This document shows, one piece after another, positions 21,224 through 31,902 of a DNA stretch of 60,299 nucleotides (its first letter is position 1; every line of letters begins with the position of its first letter). The notes beneath the pieces were generated by a model. That model saw nothing but the letters and a program-made list of their open reading frames with translations. It made no database searches and had not been told where the DNA came from. The stretch is from IMG/VR virus record IMGVR_UViG_3300030372_004604, positions 1 to 60,299 of that record; one strand, written 5' to 3'. The DNA comes from a virus. Taxonomy: Duplodnaviria; Caudoviricetes. Made by a program: the position numbers and the translations under genes.

Positions 21224-22993
21224 TTATGCTACCGCTTCGTTTTCAAATTTTCGCATCATTGCATACATTTTCTTAGCACCTTCTTTACGGTCATTCCCAC
21301 CTGCTCCTCGTACAGCTTTTGCTGTCATAACAAATTCACCATCACTTAACATAGCAGGTATTGAATCACTTGTCCCTGTTCCAGGACCATCTATTTCCCC
21401 ACCCTGCCTAGCTCGTGTAAACTGCCCTCGTTGGTAGTAAGGGTTGTTACCGTAAAACATCCTAGGATTAAACCCATATTGGAATGTACCAGAGCGGATA
21501 TCCTCATCTAACAGATCTTGCCCTGTTCTTCCATCACCTAATTGCAACCGTTCTTGCTCTTCGGGCGGGAATAACGCATCAGCAGCTAATATTCCTGCTC
21601 CACCAACCGCTAATAATGGGCCATACCTCGTTAATACTCCTGCCTTTGGATCTAATCCAGGACGGTTTGGCGATAAGTAGGTACTAAACAAATCACCACC
21701 TTTATCAATTATATCGCTAATATACGAAGAATCCCCTGTAGGTATATCAGGACCTAGACCAGTTACCGCTGCTTGTCTAGCAGTTGCTGAAGGGGCAACA
21801 TTTGGAGAAAACGCACCACTTGACATTTCTGCACCTACCCCTGTAACAGTTGGATCAAGAGACACTGGAGCTTGGAAATTAGGATTAAACAACTCAGGAG
21901 GAGCTCCTGCTAACTGTCCACTTGGCATCGTTTGGTTAAGGGTTACTCCAGCAGAACGAGGAGAAGCAATATTAAGTCCTAATCTATCTATCATTGGGTT
22001 TTGACTAGAAGCAAATCTGTCTGTTAAAATGTCTCCAGAAACAGTTCCTCTTGGAGCAACCTGAGAAGGTAGAACTTCCATACCTAACCCTGAAAAGTTC
22101 GGATCTATACTAACTAATTGGTCAGTAGGAATTAGATTACTTCCTGTACTTGTAACAGTATTTAAATTAATATTAGGTATACCACCTGAACCAAAAGCCT
22201 CTGCAAAAAATGAATCTGTTATAGGCTGGCTACCAGAAGCTACGTTAGACACCCCTTCTCCAAACACATCAAACCCAGAAACTGGATTAGAAGCAGTAGC
22301 CGTTGATAGAGGAGCAGAAGAAGAAGCTGTTAATGATTCTGCTAATGTAGATGGAGATGGTCCTGTTAAACTTTCAATACCAGAACTCACACTATCTTTT
22401 ATGTTCTGAAAAGCCTCACTGCCAGTACCAAAACCAGATCCACCTCCTAATTTATCTATAGTTCCTGCGGTAACTGCTGCAATAGCAGCAGATTTTAACG
22501 AATCTTTAAAACTATTCCCTGCAATTAAATTACCTGCTAAACTACCTATCCCTGTAGAAAGAAACAAAGGTGCTCCAAGAGGGCCAAGCACAAAGGGCAA
22601 AACAAGAGGCAAAACAATAGGAGCAACTTTTTTAGCTAAACGAATAACTTTTTTGCCGACCTTTTTAATTTTCTTAAATAACTTTTTGAAAAAGAACTCT
22701 GGTTGTCCTGTTACAGGGTTCAAAGAGTTTAACTCATTACCAATAACATAACGCTCTGGCTGTAAACCAAGCTCTTCCATCTGAGCGTAAATCATTTTTT
22801 TAAGTTTAGGGCTACTTTCCAATACTTCCATTGGAATTACTGTTTCACCTTCAGCGGCATGAACAACGTAAGTATCGCCATTCCTACCAAACTCAGCAAG
22901 TAAATCAGCCGCACCCTTTAGCTGTTGCATACCACCATCAGGAACTAATGGCTGGTCTCTTACCTCGTATTCTAAAGATTCAATTCCTTGCAT
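21224..22993 (-). CDS. Putative internal/ejection protein
   Basis: NPVTGQPEFF followed by a basic amphipathic and hydrophobic segment; C-terminal GPGTGTSDSIPAMLSDGEFV. Confidence 0.6.
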   Translation of the reverse strand: MQGIESLEYEVRDQPLVPDGGMQQLKGAADLLAEFGRNGDTYVVHAAEGETVIPMEVLESSPKLKKMIYAQMEELGLQPERYVIGNELNSLNPVTGQPEFFFKKLFKKIKKVGKKVIRLAKKVAPIVLPLVLPFVLGPLGAPLFLSTGIGSLAGNLIAGNSFKDSLKSAAIAAVTAGTIDKLGGGSGFGTGSEAFQNIKDSVSSGIESLTGPSPSTLAESLTASSSAPLSTATASNPVSGFDVFGEGVSNVASGSQPITDSFFAEAFGSGGIPNINLNTVTSTGSNLIPTDQLVSIDPNFSGLGMEVLPSQVAPRGTVSGDILTDRFASSQNPMIDRLGLNIASPRSAGVTLNQTMPSGQLAGAPPELFNPNFQAPVSLDPTVTGVGAEMSSGAFSPNVAPSATARQAAVTGLGPDIPTGDSSYISDIIDKGGDLFSTYLSPNRPGLDPKAGVLTRYGPLLAVGGAGILAADALFPPEEQERLQLGDGRTGQDLLDEDIRSGTFQYGFNPRMFYGNNPYYQRGQFTRARQGGEIDGPGTGTSDSIPAMLSDGEFVMTAKAVRGAGGNDRKEGAKKMYAMMRKFENEAVA

Positions 22994-23093
22994 ATTGCGA
23001 TACCCTAAATCGTTTATATCTATGCAGGGAGCGATTCCTGACTACGCTAAAAGAAGCATACAATCAAGATAAATTTTTCGCAACCTACTTTCA

Positions 23094-23387
23094 TCATACC
23101 GTTACCGTTACTGAGCCTACACTTCCTGTTGCACTAACCCCTCTAGGGTGAGAGTGTTCAATTGTTACTATTTTAACAAACCCATTCTGTTGAAAAAGAG
23201 CTCCTGTTTCTAAACCAAACGCATCTTGTTGCAATGTAGTCAATGTTAAATTCGTGTTTCTACCTTCTCCAGGACTTAAAAACTGTTGTATAAAAATACT
23301 AAATGTTCTTACAACAGAGTTTGCATACTCCTGAGTATACTCCCTTGGAGCTACGGGAAATTGTGGGGGAGGTAGTAACCTAGCCAT
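23094..23387 (-). CDS. Small structural-module protein
   Basis: 97-aa ORF coupled to the upstream tail gene. Confidence 0.55.
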   Translation of the reverse strand: MARLLPPPQFPVAPREYTQEYANSVVRTFSIFIQQFLSPGEGRNTNLTLTTLQQDAFGLETGALFQQNGFVKIVTIEHSHPRGVSATGSVGSVTVTV

Positions 23388-25312
23388 TACCTACGACCAT
23401 CTGGCCTTACATCTACCCTTGGTGACCCTAATCTCCAACCTGATGCTACATCAGAAGACGAAACTTTTAACGCAAACGACCTGCCTCGTAAACGAACATG
23501 CACTAAATCTGTAAACTGTTCTACTGTAGTTGTAGTTTCTGCTGCTGTTCGTGTGATAGTGCTTGGGTCATTTTGTGCATAGGGGCTTCCAGGACCTGCT
23601 CTCGTTTGCAAAGTAAACGAAGCAGAAGGCGATGTGTTTGTAGAGTTTCTAAAAGTAATATCAGGAATAAGACGATGAACAAATGTAAATTGATCACCAT
23701 CCCCTATATCAAACTGGCTTGACTCTATGTGTGCAGGGAGGGCAGAGGGAGGTTCTGTGCTACCGTCATCAAAACCATTTTCATGGTCATACACATAATG
23801 ATCTGTACCCACGCTTACAGGGTATTGTTCTATACCCCTATCTAACCATGCTGTTCTAGCTAACGAACCTGTATACCAGATTTGTTGTTCATAATTATAA
23901 ACAACATATTTATCATTTTCTGTACTGGTTTCAGAAGGGTAAAACCACCAAATTTCTGCAAAAGAAGAATTTAACCCAGAAGCTATTTTCCTCCCTTGTG
24001 ACCAGTTTAAATCAGAAAACACATGATCTCTTACCGAACATGGCATCCTTTGAACAGTACCCGTATACATGTAGAATTCATTTTTACCCATCCAGTACAC
24101 TGTGTCTTGTACAGAGGTTACTGCTAATGGCCCTGCAATAGTTGTATTATCTGCTATTGTACTTAGTCCAAAAGTAAAAGGAGGCCCAATAAACTGCATA
24201 GAATGTATACTGGTTTCTGTAAAAACAAGAATTTGTTGGCGTGTTTCTACTGCTTTGATGATTTCAGAACCAACACCAAGTTTTAAATCACCTGCTGTAT
24301 TTGTAGCTGTAGAAGCCCAATCTGTTAAACTTCCTTGGTCTGCAAAACGAATAAGCAAAGGGTCTTGCGTACCAATATCATCAGCAGGATCACAACCAAA
24401 AGCAATAACATGTCTATCAACATCTGAAACAATTACTTGTTTAGCAATAGTAGGGGCAGAACTAGAACCAGTTAAACTATTTAACAATACTGCTCTATTG
24501 CTTGTGCCTCCTGATCGATCCCAATAAGCAATTTGTCCATCTCTTACATTTATTAACAAGTCTTCCCCAAAATTATCATGTGTCCATATACGCAAATTTT
24601 GAGTACTAACTGCGGTATCTGCATCAGAGTTCCATGTACCTCTACCCCATGATCCTGCTCCCCAACCAACTCCAGGCATTGACACATCTATACCCACATT
24701 AAGTTGGTAAGCAGCAACAGTAGATCCTCCACCATTGCCCGAATCACTCCCACTAGCCGTTACAAGAGTAGGGTTTAAACCACTTGTAGTTGTAATAGAA
24801 GCTATCGTTGTACCTGCTGTTCTTGCTTGTATCGTGTATGTATTGTTATCAGGCACAGAAGCTATTTGGTATTCTTGGTTCAATACAGCAGCCGTAATGT
24901 TACCTCCTAAAGAAGAAGCAGAAGTAAAAGTAACAAAATCATTTAATACTGCTCCATGACCAGTATCTGTAACAGTAATAGTAGAAGAACCATTAGTTGC
25001 TGCAAACGTAGCCTCACCTGTAACTGTTGTGCGAATAGGGGTGATATCAAAAAAAGTTTGTCCAATTAAAAGATAATATTTAAGATGCGTACCTATTCCA
25101 ATTAAGGTGTTGTTATCTAATGCACTCCAATTATGTAAAGCCCTAGCTGAACCTAAAATCGCTGAAGAGGCTTTTTTTAGCCATCCTCCAATTTTTTCTG
25201 GATATCCTGCTCTAAAACGTACTTTATCAGAATCAAACCAACCACCCTCATTACTATAAGAGGTCGTTTCTTTATTGATTCCAGGACGAAAAGTTAACTT
25301 GGTCAGAGGCAA
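23387..25312 (-). CDS. Tail tubular/nozzle (stabilisation) protein
   Basis: MPLTKLTFRPGINK, beta-propeller-like composition, C-terminal WRLG..RVD..PDGRR. Confidence 0.65.
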   Translation of the reverse strand: MPLTKLTFRPGINKETTSYSNEGGWFDSDKVRFRAGYPEKIGGWLKKASSAILGSARALHNWSALDNNTLIGIGTHLKYYLLIGQTFFDITPIRTTVTGEATFAATNGSSTITVTDTGHGAVLNDFVTFTSASSLGGNITAAVLNQEYQIASVPDNNTYTIQARTAGTTIASITTTSGLNPTLVTASGSDSGNGGGSTVAAYQLNVGIDVSMPGVGWGAGSWGRGTWNSDADTAVSTQNLRIWTHDNFGEDLLINVRDGQIAYWDRSGGTSNRAVLLNSLTGSSSAPTIAKQVIVSDVDRHVIAFGCDPADDIGTQDPLLIRFADQGSLTDWASTATNTAGDLKLGVGSEIIKAVETRQQILVFTETSIHSMQFIGPPFTFGLSTIADNTTIAGPLAVTSVQDTVYWMGKNEFYMYTGTVQRMPCSVRDHVFSDLNWSQGRKIASGLNSSFAEIWWFYPSETSTENDKYVVYNYEQQIWYTGSLARTAWLDRGIEQYPVSVGTDHYVYDHENGFDDGSTEPPSALPAHIESSQFDIGDGDQFTFVHRLIPDITFRNSTNTSPSASFTLQTRAGPGSPYAQNDPSTITRTAAETTTTVEQFTDLVHVRLRGRSFALKVSSSDVASGWRLGSPRVDVRPDGRR

Positions 25313-25322
25313 TATTTTATTC

Positions 25323-25817
25323 CTATGGTTTGGTCGGAAAATCTACATAAGGCCAATCGCTGTGAGAAGGTAAATCTCTAAGTGCCTGTCTATACGTTTT
25401 CATTTCATCAGACATTGCAGGTGAATCATCTAAAGCATGGAAATCTGTTTCAGCTAGTAACTCATTTCTTCTAGTCCTAGCTCCATCTGCTTCTACTGCA
25501 TCTAATTTTGCTTGGTATGTTTTTTCCTGCTCTTCTTTAGTTTCGACTACCTTTCCATCTTCATCTTTAGCATCAGCAAACATATCTACAACATGCCATG
25601 CTTCAATCCAATTATCACTAGAATCTTGTACAACACCATTTCGTTCAACACGTTCATATTTACCTGCCTCTGGTTGCGCTCCAGATAAAACAGGGTCTAC
25701 ACCAAGAAACTCAAGAACACTGTCGTTCCAAACATTCGGAAAACTCGTGTTAGGATTTTCTGATTTCAGCTCACTTTGCGTTTTTAACTCTCCAGAGCTT
25801 TTTACCCTATATTCCAT
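25323..25817 (-). CDS. Tail fibre assembly chaperone-like protein
   Basis: RNELLAETD...YRQALRDLP...FPTKP C-terminal motif. Confidence 0.75.
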   Translation of the reverse strand: MEYRVKSSGELKTQSELKSENPNTSFPNVWNDSVLEFLGVDPVLSGAQPEAGKYERVERNGVVQDSSDNWIEAWHVVDMFADAKDEDGKVVETKEEQEKTYQAKLDAVEADGARTRRNELLAETDFHALDDSPAMSDEMKTYRQALRDLPSHSDWPYVDFPTKP

Positions 25818-25826
25818 GTTAACTCC

Positions 25827-27920
25827 TTATGCAATCGCGTAAAAAAAGTAAGTGTCGCCAGATACGTTATGCGCTTGTCCACCAACAACCGTAAAACCAG
25901 AACTATGGGGATCAATAGCATCTGATTCTGTTTCTGCGGCTGTTGTGTCAAATTTAATTATTTTATCATTACCTGCGGCAATGCCTCTAGTAGTGTCGTA
26001 AACGTACCACGGTTGCCCTGAGTTCCCAGAAGTTGCATCTCTAATCATTACCCACCTAGCTGCAAAACCACAATCTATGTTTAAATCGCTTCCTGTTCCA
26101 GAGTATGTGCCAATTTTTGTAATGCCTGTTTGCTCACCAAATATGTACAGAATATATTCTGCTCCTGATGTATTTAATGATTTATCAGCGTTTCCCCCAG
26201 AATATACAGCAACACCAAACTGTGTACTTGACGATAGTGGTTGATAATCATGGGGGATATTTTGAAAAGGGCTTATCCCTGTGAAATTTGTCGTTGAGTT
26301 CAAAAAGAGAGTATAAAGTGTGCTACCATAATAAACCATCCAATTTGAAGTATCATCTCTTCTTTTCCCCCAAATCATTTTTGGGATTCCTTGTAAATTA
26401 TGAGTAATTGTTTGTGCCGTTGAACCATCCCCCACATAACCTACTACATCAAAATATTTCGGAGATCTTCTCCACCAATAACTAATTCCTGGAGCTAAGT
26501 TCGTAGCCAATATGTTTGTTGAAGAAGCATTTCCACCACCGTTACCTGTTGTTCCAGGATATTTCCCTGCTCTATTACCGGATAAACTTTCTGCAGCAGT
26601 GCTATGAGTAAAAAGTGTTGGTGTGGCTGTAGTAGTAGATGTAGTCCAACTTGTAAAAGGTTCGATACCTCGCATTCTATCAGTAACACACCACTGTTGG
26701 TCTGCTGGAGTAGTAGAATCTCGTCTTTTTACAATGACCAAATCGTCTGGACTTACACCCATATAATTAATCGATCCGTCAGTAAAATAGTTTGTACTTC
26801 CACCTGCGTTTATACCAAAAACTTCAGGGCCAGATTCCGCTTCTTTTGTTGGAGCGCGACGAATTGCCATATAGACAAATGTTTGTCCTGGAGCAAAAGC
26901 ATTACTTGGCATTGAAAAGCCAGTAGAGTTTAGGTTTAATGTGCTTGGACCTATGAACACACCTTCCGCAGTAGGGTTGTTTGCTGTGAAATAATGAGTT
27001 CTACCTGTGTCACTACCATAGCCAACGCAAGAAAACCCCCTATGTGTATCGGCAATCCACCAACTGCCACTTCCTGTACTTGTAGCATTTTTAACCATGA
27101 CCCATTGTGGTTCCCACCCTAAATTTCCACCCACTAAAGCATCGCCACTAGAATCAGTAGTAAAAGAACCACATTTGATTATGTCTAAATCTCCGTTTGG
27201 GCCATACCCACCATCATCATCATTGTGGGCAAATAGGTATGCTATATAACTTCCTCCGTTTTGGTTTACGGCATTATAATGAGCAATTTTAAATTCAGTG
27301 CTTGTAATGCCAGATTTGAAAAAAGTTTGGTTTCCAACCTGCGCGGCATCGGTATTTAATTGCAAAATATATGGATAATCACCAGTTTCAATCGATAAAC
27401 TACGATGATAAACTTCCCAGTTTCTTGTTGCGTCAAGCTGTTTAATAATGATCATCCCTGGAACACTTCCAAGGTTGTGAGAAATAGAACGAGCAGTAGC
27501 ATTACCAGTGTAAGTTACTATATCAAAAAATTTTTCTGCTTTTCTGAATGCCCATCCTACATATGTGTCACCACTAGTATTAATATTTTGGTTGAAATTT
27601 GTTCCTACAGTATATCCGTTGCTTGTGAATGCGGTCAAATCCCCTGACGCAGATGTTGTTTGAACGGCGGCGGTACTTGTCTCTAAACCTTTTCCGACAC
27701 CCCTTACTGTGTCAAATAATGCGTGGTTCGCTGATGAACTTCTATTTTTTATCCAAACCATACCACCTTCATTAAGAAGATCAAAATCAGCTCCACCCGA
27801 GGGATATTTCTGTGAAGAACTACCTGAACCAAGATACATATGCGTACTGAAAACGTCTTCAACATTTATTCTATCTGCTGACGCACCTGATCCAGAAAGA
27901 AGTTTTTTTGCTGTACTCAT
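25827..27920 (-). CDS. Tail fibre / receptor-binding protein with internal repeats
   Basis: Repeated units FDIVTYTG..HNL..P.M, VWIK.R, YIAYLFA. Confidence 0.65.
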   Translation of the reverse strand: MSTAKKLLSGSGASADRINVEDVFSTHMYLGSGSSSQKYPSGGADFDLLNEGGMVWIKNRSSSANHALFDTVRGVGKGLETSTAAVQTTSASGDLTAFTSNGYTVGTNFNQNINTSGDTYVGWAFRKAEKFFDIVTYTGNATARSISHNLGSVPGMIIIKQLDATRNWEVYHRSLSIETGDYPYILQLNTDAAQVGNQTFFKSGITSTEFKIAHYNAVNQNGGSYIAYLFAHNDDDGGYGPNGDLDIIKCGSFTTDSSGDALVGGNLGWEPQWVMVKNATSTGSGSWWIADTHRGFSCVGYGSDTGRTHYFTANNPTAEGVFIGPSTLNLNSTGFSMPSNAFAPGQTFVYMAIRRAPTKEAESGPEVFGINAGGSTNYFTDGSINYMGVSPDDLVIVKRRDSTTPADQQWCVTDRMRGIEPFTSWTTSTTTATPTLFTHSTAAESLSGNRAGKYPGTTGNGGGNASSTNILATNLAPGISYWWRRSPKYFDVVGYVGDGSTAQTITHNLQGIPKMIWGKRRDDTSNWMVYYGSTLYTLFLNSTTNFTGISPFQNIPHDYQPLSSSTQFGVAVYSGGNADKSLNTSGAEYILYIFGEQTGITKIGTYSGTGSDLNIDCGFAARWVMIRDATSGNSGQPWYVYDTTRGIAAGNDKIIKFDTTAAETESDAIDPHSSGFTVVGGQAHNVSGDTYFFYAIA

Positions 27921-29257
27921 TACGCCATCGCCTGTCCTGCAGTGAACCCATAATATATTGTACCACCATCATATGTAGCAAAAACAAAAACATCAACAGC
28001 ACCACTTCCTGTAGATATAGTAGGGGCTGTTGCAGCTCCCCAATCAACAGTATTGGGCCATGTGATTGTTCTTGCACTACTATCTTGTATTATTTTTAAT
28101 GTAAACGCAGAAACCTTACCAGAAGCTGCGGGGTTGGAAAAAGTATATGTTACATTTTCTGACAATGTATGTGTAAAGTTATCGCCATCCCTTAGGTTAA
28201 GCGTTGCTGCATTACTAGAAGAAGTGATTGCAGTGCTTTCTTCAATCTTACCATTATCAAATGTAACAACACCATTTGCATCTGCGGTAACTACTTTACT
28301 TGCCTGTGATGTTCCAAGTGTAGTTATTTTATTATAATTTAATTCTGATGCACTGGAAGTAACAACTGTTCCTGCTAATGCTAAACCGTTTGTACCATCA
28401 TGCGATGCGATGTTTAAATCATTAGTACCATCTGCAATAGTAACATCACCTGAAATTAGTAATGTGTCTGTGCCATCTTCATCGTATTCCATAGTAACAT
28501 CTTGATCACTACCAAATTTGATTTGTTTATCATCAGCTATATAGACATCGCCAAACTCTAAAGAAGTAGTACCGAGATCTGCTCCCCCTGAAGCATCTGG
28601 CACAAAAGCAGTAGAAGCTGTGACTGTAGTTCCTAGCAAGGTGGTAAATGCCCCTGTTCCTGCCGTAGTTCCTCCGATAGCTGTTACTTTAGCCATCGTA
28701 ACTAAACCACCGTCTGCTATAGCTATTGCATCATCACCATCTGTGAATTCAATTAAAGGGGTTTGCAAACTTGTTGAAGTTTTAAGTATGGCAGCAGTTG
28801 TTGTACCTGCTAAATTTAGATCAGTAAGTGCATCGTAAACAATAGCACCAGAACCACCGCCATCTGTTACAACTATTTTTACATCACCATTTGGAATCGT
28901 AACTGAAGCACCGCCGCCACTTCCTTGTTTAATAATAGTAGAGTAAGGCCCACTAGAACCAGAATCGGTAGTAGCGTTTTCTATAATCCATATCTTAGAA
29001 ACAGTATCAGGAGCTAAAGTAACCGTACAGTTTTGCCCAAGAGCTCCTGTAAGTTTAAGGTAAAAAGAACGTACACCATCTGAAGAGGCATCTGCCATTG
29101 TTATCGTAGCAGTAGAAGCATTGCTTAACGCCTCTGTGCCATAACCAAAAGCCTCACCTATAAGCTCTAAATTAGTGTTAGTTGCATCACCCCATGTTCC
29201 TGCACGTTCACCAGAACCAATTTCTTCTAACCGCAAATTATTTACATATGTACTCAT
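27920..29257 (-). CDS. Tail fibre protein
   Basis: GTWGDATNTNL N-terminal motif; Thr/Ser/Gly-rich. Confidence 0.6.
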   Translation of the reverse strand: MSTYVNNLRLEEIGSGERAGTWGDATNTNLELIGEAFGYGTEALSNASTATITMADASSDGVRSFYLKLTGALGQNCTVTLAPDTVSKIWIIENATTDSGSSGPYSTIIKQGSGGGASVTIPNGDVKIVVTDGGGSGAIVYDALTDLNLAGTTTAAILKTSTSLQTPLIEFTDGDDAIAIADGGLVTMAKVTAIGGTTAGTGAFTTLLGTTVTASTAFVPDASGGADLGTTSLEFGDVYIADDKQIKFGSDQDVTMEYDEDGTDTLLISGDVTIADGTNDLNIASHDGTNGLALAGTVVTSSASELNYNKITTLGTSQASKVVTADANGVVTFDNGKIEESTAITSSSNAATLNLRDGDNFTHTLSENVTYTFSNPAASGKVSAFTLKIIQDSSARTITWPNTVDWGAATAPTISTGSGAVDVFVFATYDGGTIYYGFTAGQAMA

Positions 29258-29266
29258 ATCAACTCC

Positions 29267-29998
29267 TTATGCCGCTATTTCTCGCCAATTAGGATCTTGG
29301 TCTGGAACATTGAGTCCCCAAACAAATCCAAAACCTACAACACCAACTGCACCAGAACCTGTAACATTGATAGGGATATTTGCATCTCCTATAACTGTTA
29401 CATTCCCAACTGCGGTTGTTCCAATAATATCTGTAGTTGTAATAGTAATAGAAGTATCTGCACCAGTAATCGTAACTGAACCAAAAGCACTCGTACCTGC
29501 AAGACCTGTTATTGTAACGGCTGTTCCACCCGAAGATGCAACGGCTGTTGTTGCTGTTCTTGCTCCAGGAACAATAGCTATATTATAGACAGTAGCCCCA
29601 CCCCCCATACCACTGTGATTAGTGCAATAGTAATACAGTTGGTCAGGTGCATCTAAAGGAACAGCAAAAGTAACAGTAGCCCCAGAAGATCCTGCAGAAC
29701 CCGAAGTTGTTATCCCTGAAGTATATTGGGAACCGCCCCCATGTGTTCCGTCAGAAGTAGTAGAAAACCTAAACGGATGTCCTGAAACAGAAGAATCAGA
29801 TACATTAAATATATAAGTAGTTTCTCTTGCTAAAAAAAGAGTAGGTTGTTGAACGCCATCTATAAAATATTTATTACCCCCACCAGTAGAAACTACTGTG
29901 ACAGTTTTGCTTGTAATAATTGCATCGTTCCATCCACGGGAGTTCCAAGCCTGTCCTAGACTACCCCAACCCCCAAATGGAACAACTACACTAGTCAT
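29267..29998 (-). CDS. Structural protein with a cupredoxin-like insert
   Basis: GHPFRF ... LYYYCTNHSGMG. Confidence 0.55.
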   Translation of the reverse strand: MTSVVVPFGGWGSLGQAWNSRGWNDAIITSKTVTVVSTGGGNKYFIDGVQQPTLFLARETTYIFNVSDSSVSGHPFRFSTTSDGTHGGGSQYTSGITTSGSAGSSGATVTFAVPLDAPDQLYYYCTNHSGMGGGATVYNIAIVPGARTATTAVASSGGTAVTITGLAGTSAFGSVTITGADTSITITTTDIIGTTAVGNVTVIGDANIPINVTGSGAVGVVGFGFVWGLNVPDQDPNWREIAA

Positions 29999-30457
29999 TT
30001 ACGCAATCCGTATTATCGCATTAGAAGCATCTGCTGTAGGAAACACGATGGTAAAATCTCCTCCACTAGCTGCTTTATCTGAACTAAAGTCTAAAACCAA
30101 CACTGTAGGGTTACTAACAGTAATAGAAGTTGTATCTGGCGTAGTGTTATAAACTAATGCTCCTCTTACTGCAGATATGGTAACATTTGAAAACACCAAA
30201 TCATCAAAATCTACTAATGCTGTTGTACTAGAAGTAGTAGGATCTACTGTATTTAACGTCCCTCCTCCTGCTGAATAGTTTGCTCCTGAAACTTCATTGC
30301 CCGTAGTATAAGCAGTCGTTGCCGCAGTAAACGAAGCACTGTTTGTATACAAGGCTAACTTAAAAGTATCACCTGAAGCAGAGGTGTCAAAATCATGTAC
30401 GCCAAAGAGTAGCTCTTTTTTAAAAGAGGTACACATAAAATTCCCACTAAACGCCAT
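29999..30457 (-). CDS. Conserved structural protein
   Basis: MCTSFKKELL..HDF..FKLALYT...VLDF...FTIVFP. Confidence 0.6.
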   Translation of the reverse strand: MAFSGNFMCTSFKKELLFGVHDFDTSASGDTFKLALYTNSASFTAATTAYTTGNEVSGANYSAGGGTLNTVDPTTSSTTALVDFDDLVFSNVTISAVRGALVYNTTPDTTSITVSNPTVLVLDFSSDKAASGGDFTIVFPTADASNAIIRIA

Positions 30458-30458
30458 A

Positions 30459-30752
30459 TTAGATTCTCCTTATCAGTTCAGCTAGTTCTGGGTGTCCTGC
30501 GTCTACTAAAGCGTTAAAAACTGTTGTTCTATCACTTTGTACAGCTTGTTTCATATATGAGGCAATCACTTTTTCAATATGTGCAGCAAAGGCATGGGCT
30601 TGATCTCTTATCGCAGGTTCCGCTTTATCAGAAACAAAAACAAGTTTTTTTACACATCGAGAAGCTATTTCTTCAGGAGTAGCTCCTCTATTATTTGTAG
30701 TATGCACCTCTACTTGAAAATCATTTGGTATATTTAAACTATCTGTAAACAT
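30459..30752 (-). CDS. Conserved hypothetical phage protein
   Basis: VHTTNNRG.TPEE...IRDQAHAF; coupled ORF. Confidence 0.6.
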   Translation of the reverse strand: MFTDSLNIPNDFQVEVHTTNNRGATPEEIASRCVKKLVFVSDKAEPAIRDQAHAFAAHIEKVIASYMKQAVQSDRTTVFNALVDAGHPELAELIRRI

Positions 30753-31606
30753 TATGTCCTAGCTTTCTTTATATAACCTGCAGAGTAATCATCTGTTACT
30801 TCTAATGCTTCCCCTAAATTTTTCAAACGGTTGATAGCTTCACCGTATCTTTGGTTATACATGTTCATTACATCTTGCTCACCTTTCATAAAAAGGTAAC
30901 ACTCAGCAAGAGAAGCATACAATAAAGCAACCTCAGCGTTTTCACTTAACCAACTGTTTGTCGTATCTGCACCAACTGCTGTAATTACTCCTGTTGCTCC
31001 ACTTGTCGCACCTGTTATCGTTTCTCCAACAGTGTAGTTTTGGCTTGGTATGCCAACAGTCAAACTCGTTGCACTTTCAACAACAGATATAGTAGAGCTT
31101 TGTCCGCTTGTTCCTCCTGTTATCGTTTCTGTTACAACAAAAGTACCAGAAACATTATTCATAGTAACAAGATATTGGCTAGAAGTTAAACTCGAAGGAC
31201 GATAAAAATAACTCAAATCTACTGTGTAAGTAGAATCTGGAGTTGGGGCTATAACAAAGTAGTTTACATCAAATTGTCCATAGTATTTGGGTGTGCCTGT
31301 TGTAGCTGAGTTAGGGTTATAAGATTGTACAAACTCTAACTCTTTTAATTGTAAATATTCATACAAACTGTTGTTTGTTACACTTAACGAATGTGGCGAT
31401 AAAAAATCGCTAGGAACAGCTAAGTAAGGACTTCCTGTTAACAAAGTACCTGTTACATTTTTTTGAAATACATTAAGTTGTGTAGATTTTAAAATACGTT
31501 CTTCCGCTAACCGAATAAACATATCCATAGAATTTAAGAAAAGTTCTTCCGTGTTTTGCGTATAGTTTTTCAAAGCATCTTTGAGAGTAGTGTATGTAAA
31601 ACTCAT
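30752..31606 (-). CDS. Putative head-tail adaptor protein with an inserted ETITGGTSG repeat domain
   Basis: FIRLAEERI, GTPKYY, APTPD, WLSENAEVALLY. Confidence 0.6.
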   Translation of the reverse strand: MSFTYTTLKDALKNYTQNTEELFLNSMDMFIRLAEERILKSTQLNVFQKNVTGTLLTGSPYLAVPSDFLSPHSLSVTNNSLYEYLQLKELEFVQSYNPNSATTGTPKYYGQFDVNYFVIAPTPDSTYTVDLSYFYRPSSLTSSQYLVTMNNVSGTFVVTETITGGTSGQSSTISVVESATSLTVGIPSQNYTVGETITGATSGATGVITAVGADTTNSWLSENAEVALLYASLAECYLFMKGEQDVMNMYNQRYGEAINRLKNLGEALEVTDDYSAGYIKKART

Positions 31607-31902
31607 GAGACAACCTCCACTTTACCGATAGAAGTGATTGCATGTGTGGAAGCAATTTTCAAAGGTGGAAATATTTCCTGCCCAACAAAAACATCTAACC
31701 CTTCAGCCCTATCTGGTCTAGGGTCATACAATGCCTCTGGTTCAAAAGGGGGTGGGGGTGGTTCTAATTGTGGGTGTTTAGGTTCAAAACACTCAGGACA
31801 TACTTTCAAATTGTTCCACTCTTTTTGCAAAGAAGTATATGGGTACTCAAACCCACAACGGTCACAAATGCCTTTTGCGTATTTTCCAGAAGCATATTTC
31901 AT
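31603..31902 (-). CDS. Small Zn-finger-like phage protein
   Basis: CDRC ... CPEC. Confidence 0.65.
   Translation of the reverse strand: MKYASGKYAKGICDRCGFEYPYTSLQKEWNNLKVCPECFEPKHPQLEPPPPPFEPEALYDPRPDRAEGLDVFVGQEIFPPLKIASTHAITSIGKVEVVS

Noticed and set aside
25827-27920. Diversity-generating retroelement target
   Set aside because: No reverse transcriptase or template/variable repeat pair seen; the repeats are diverged protein repeats.
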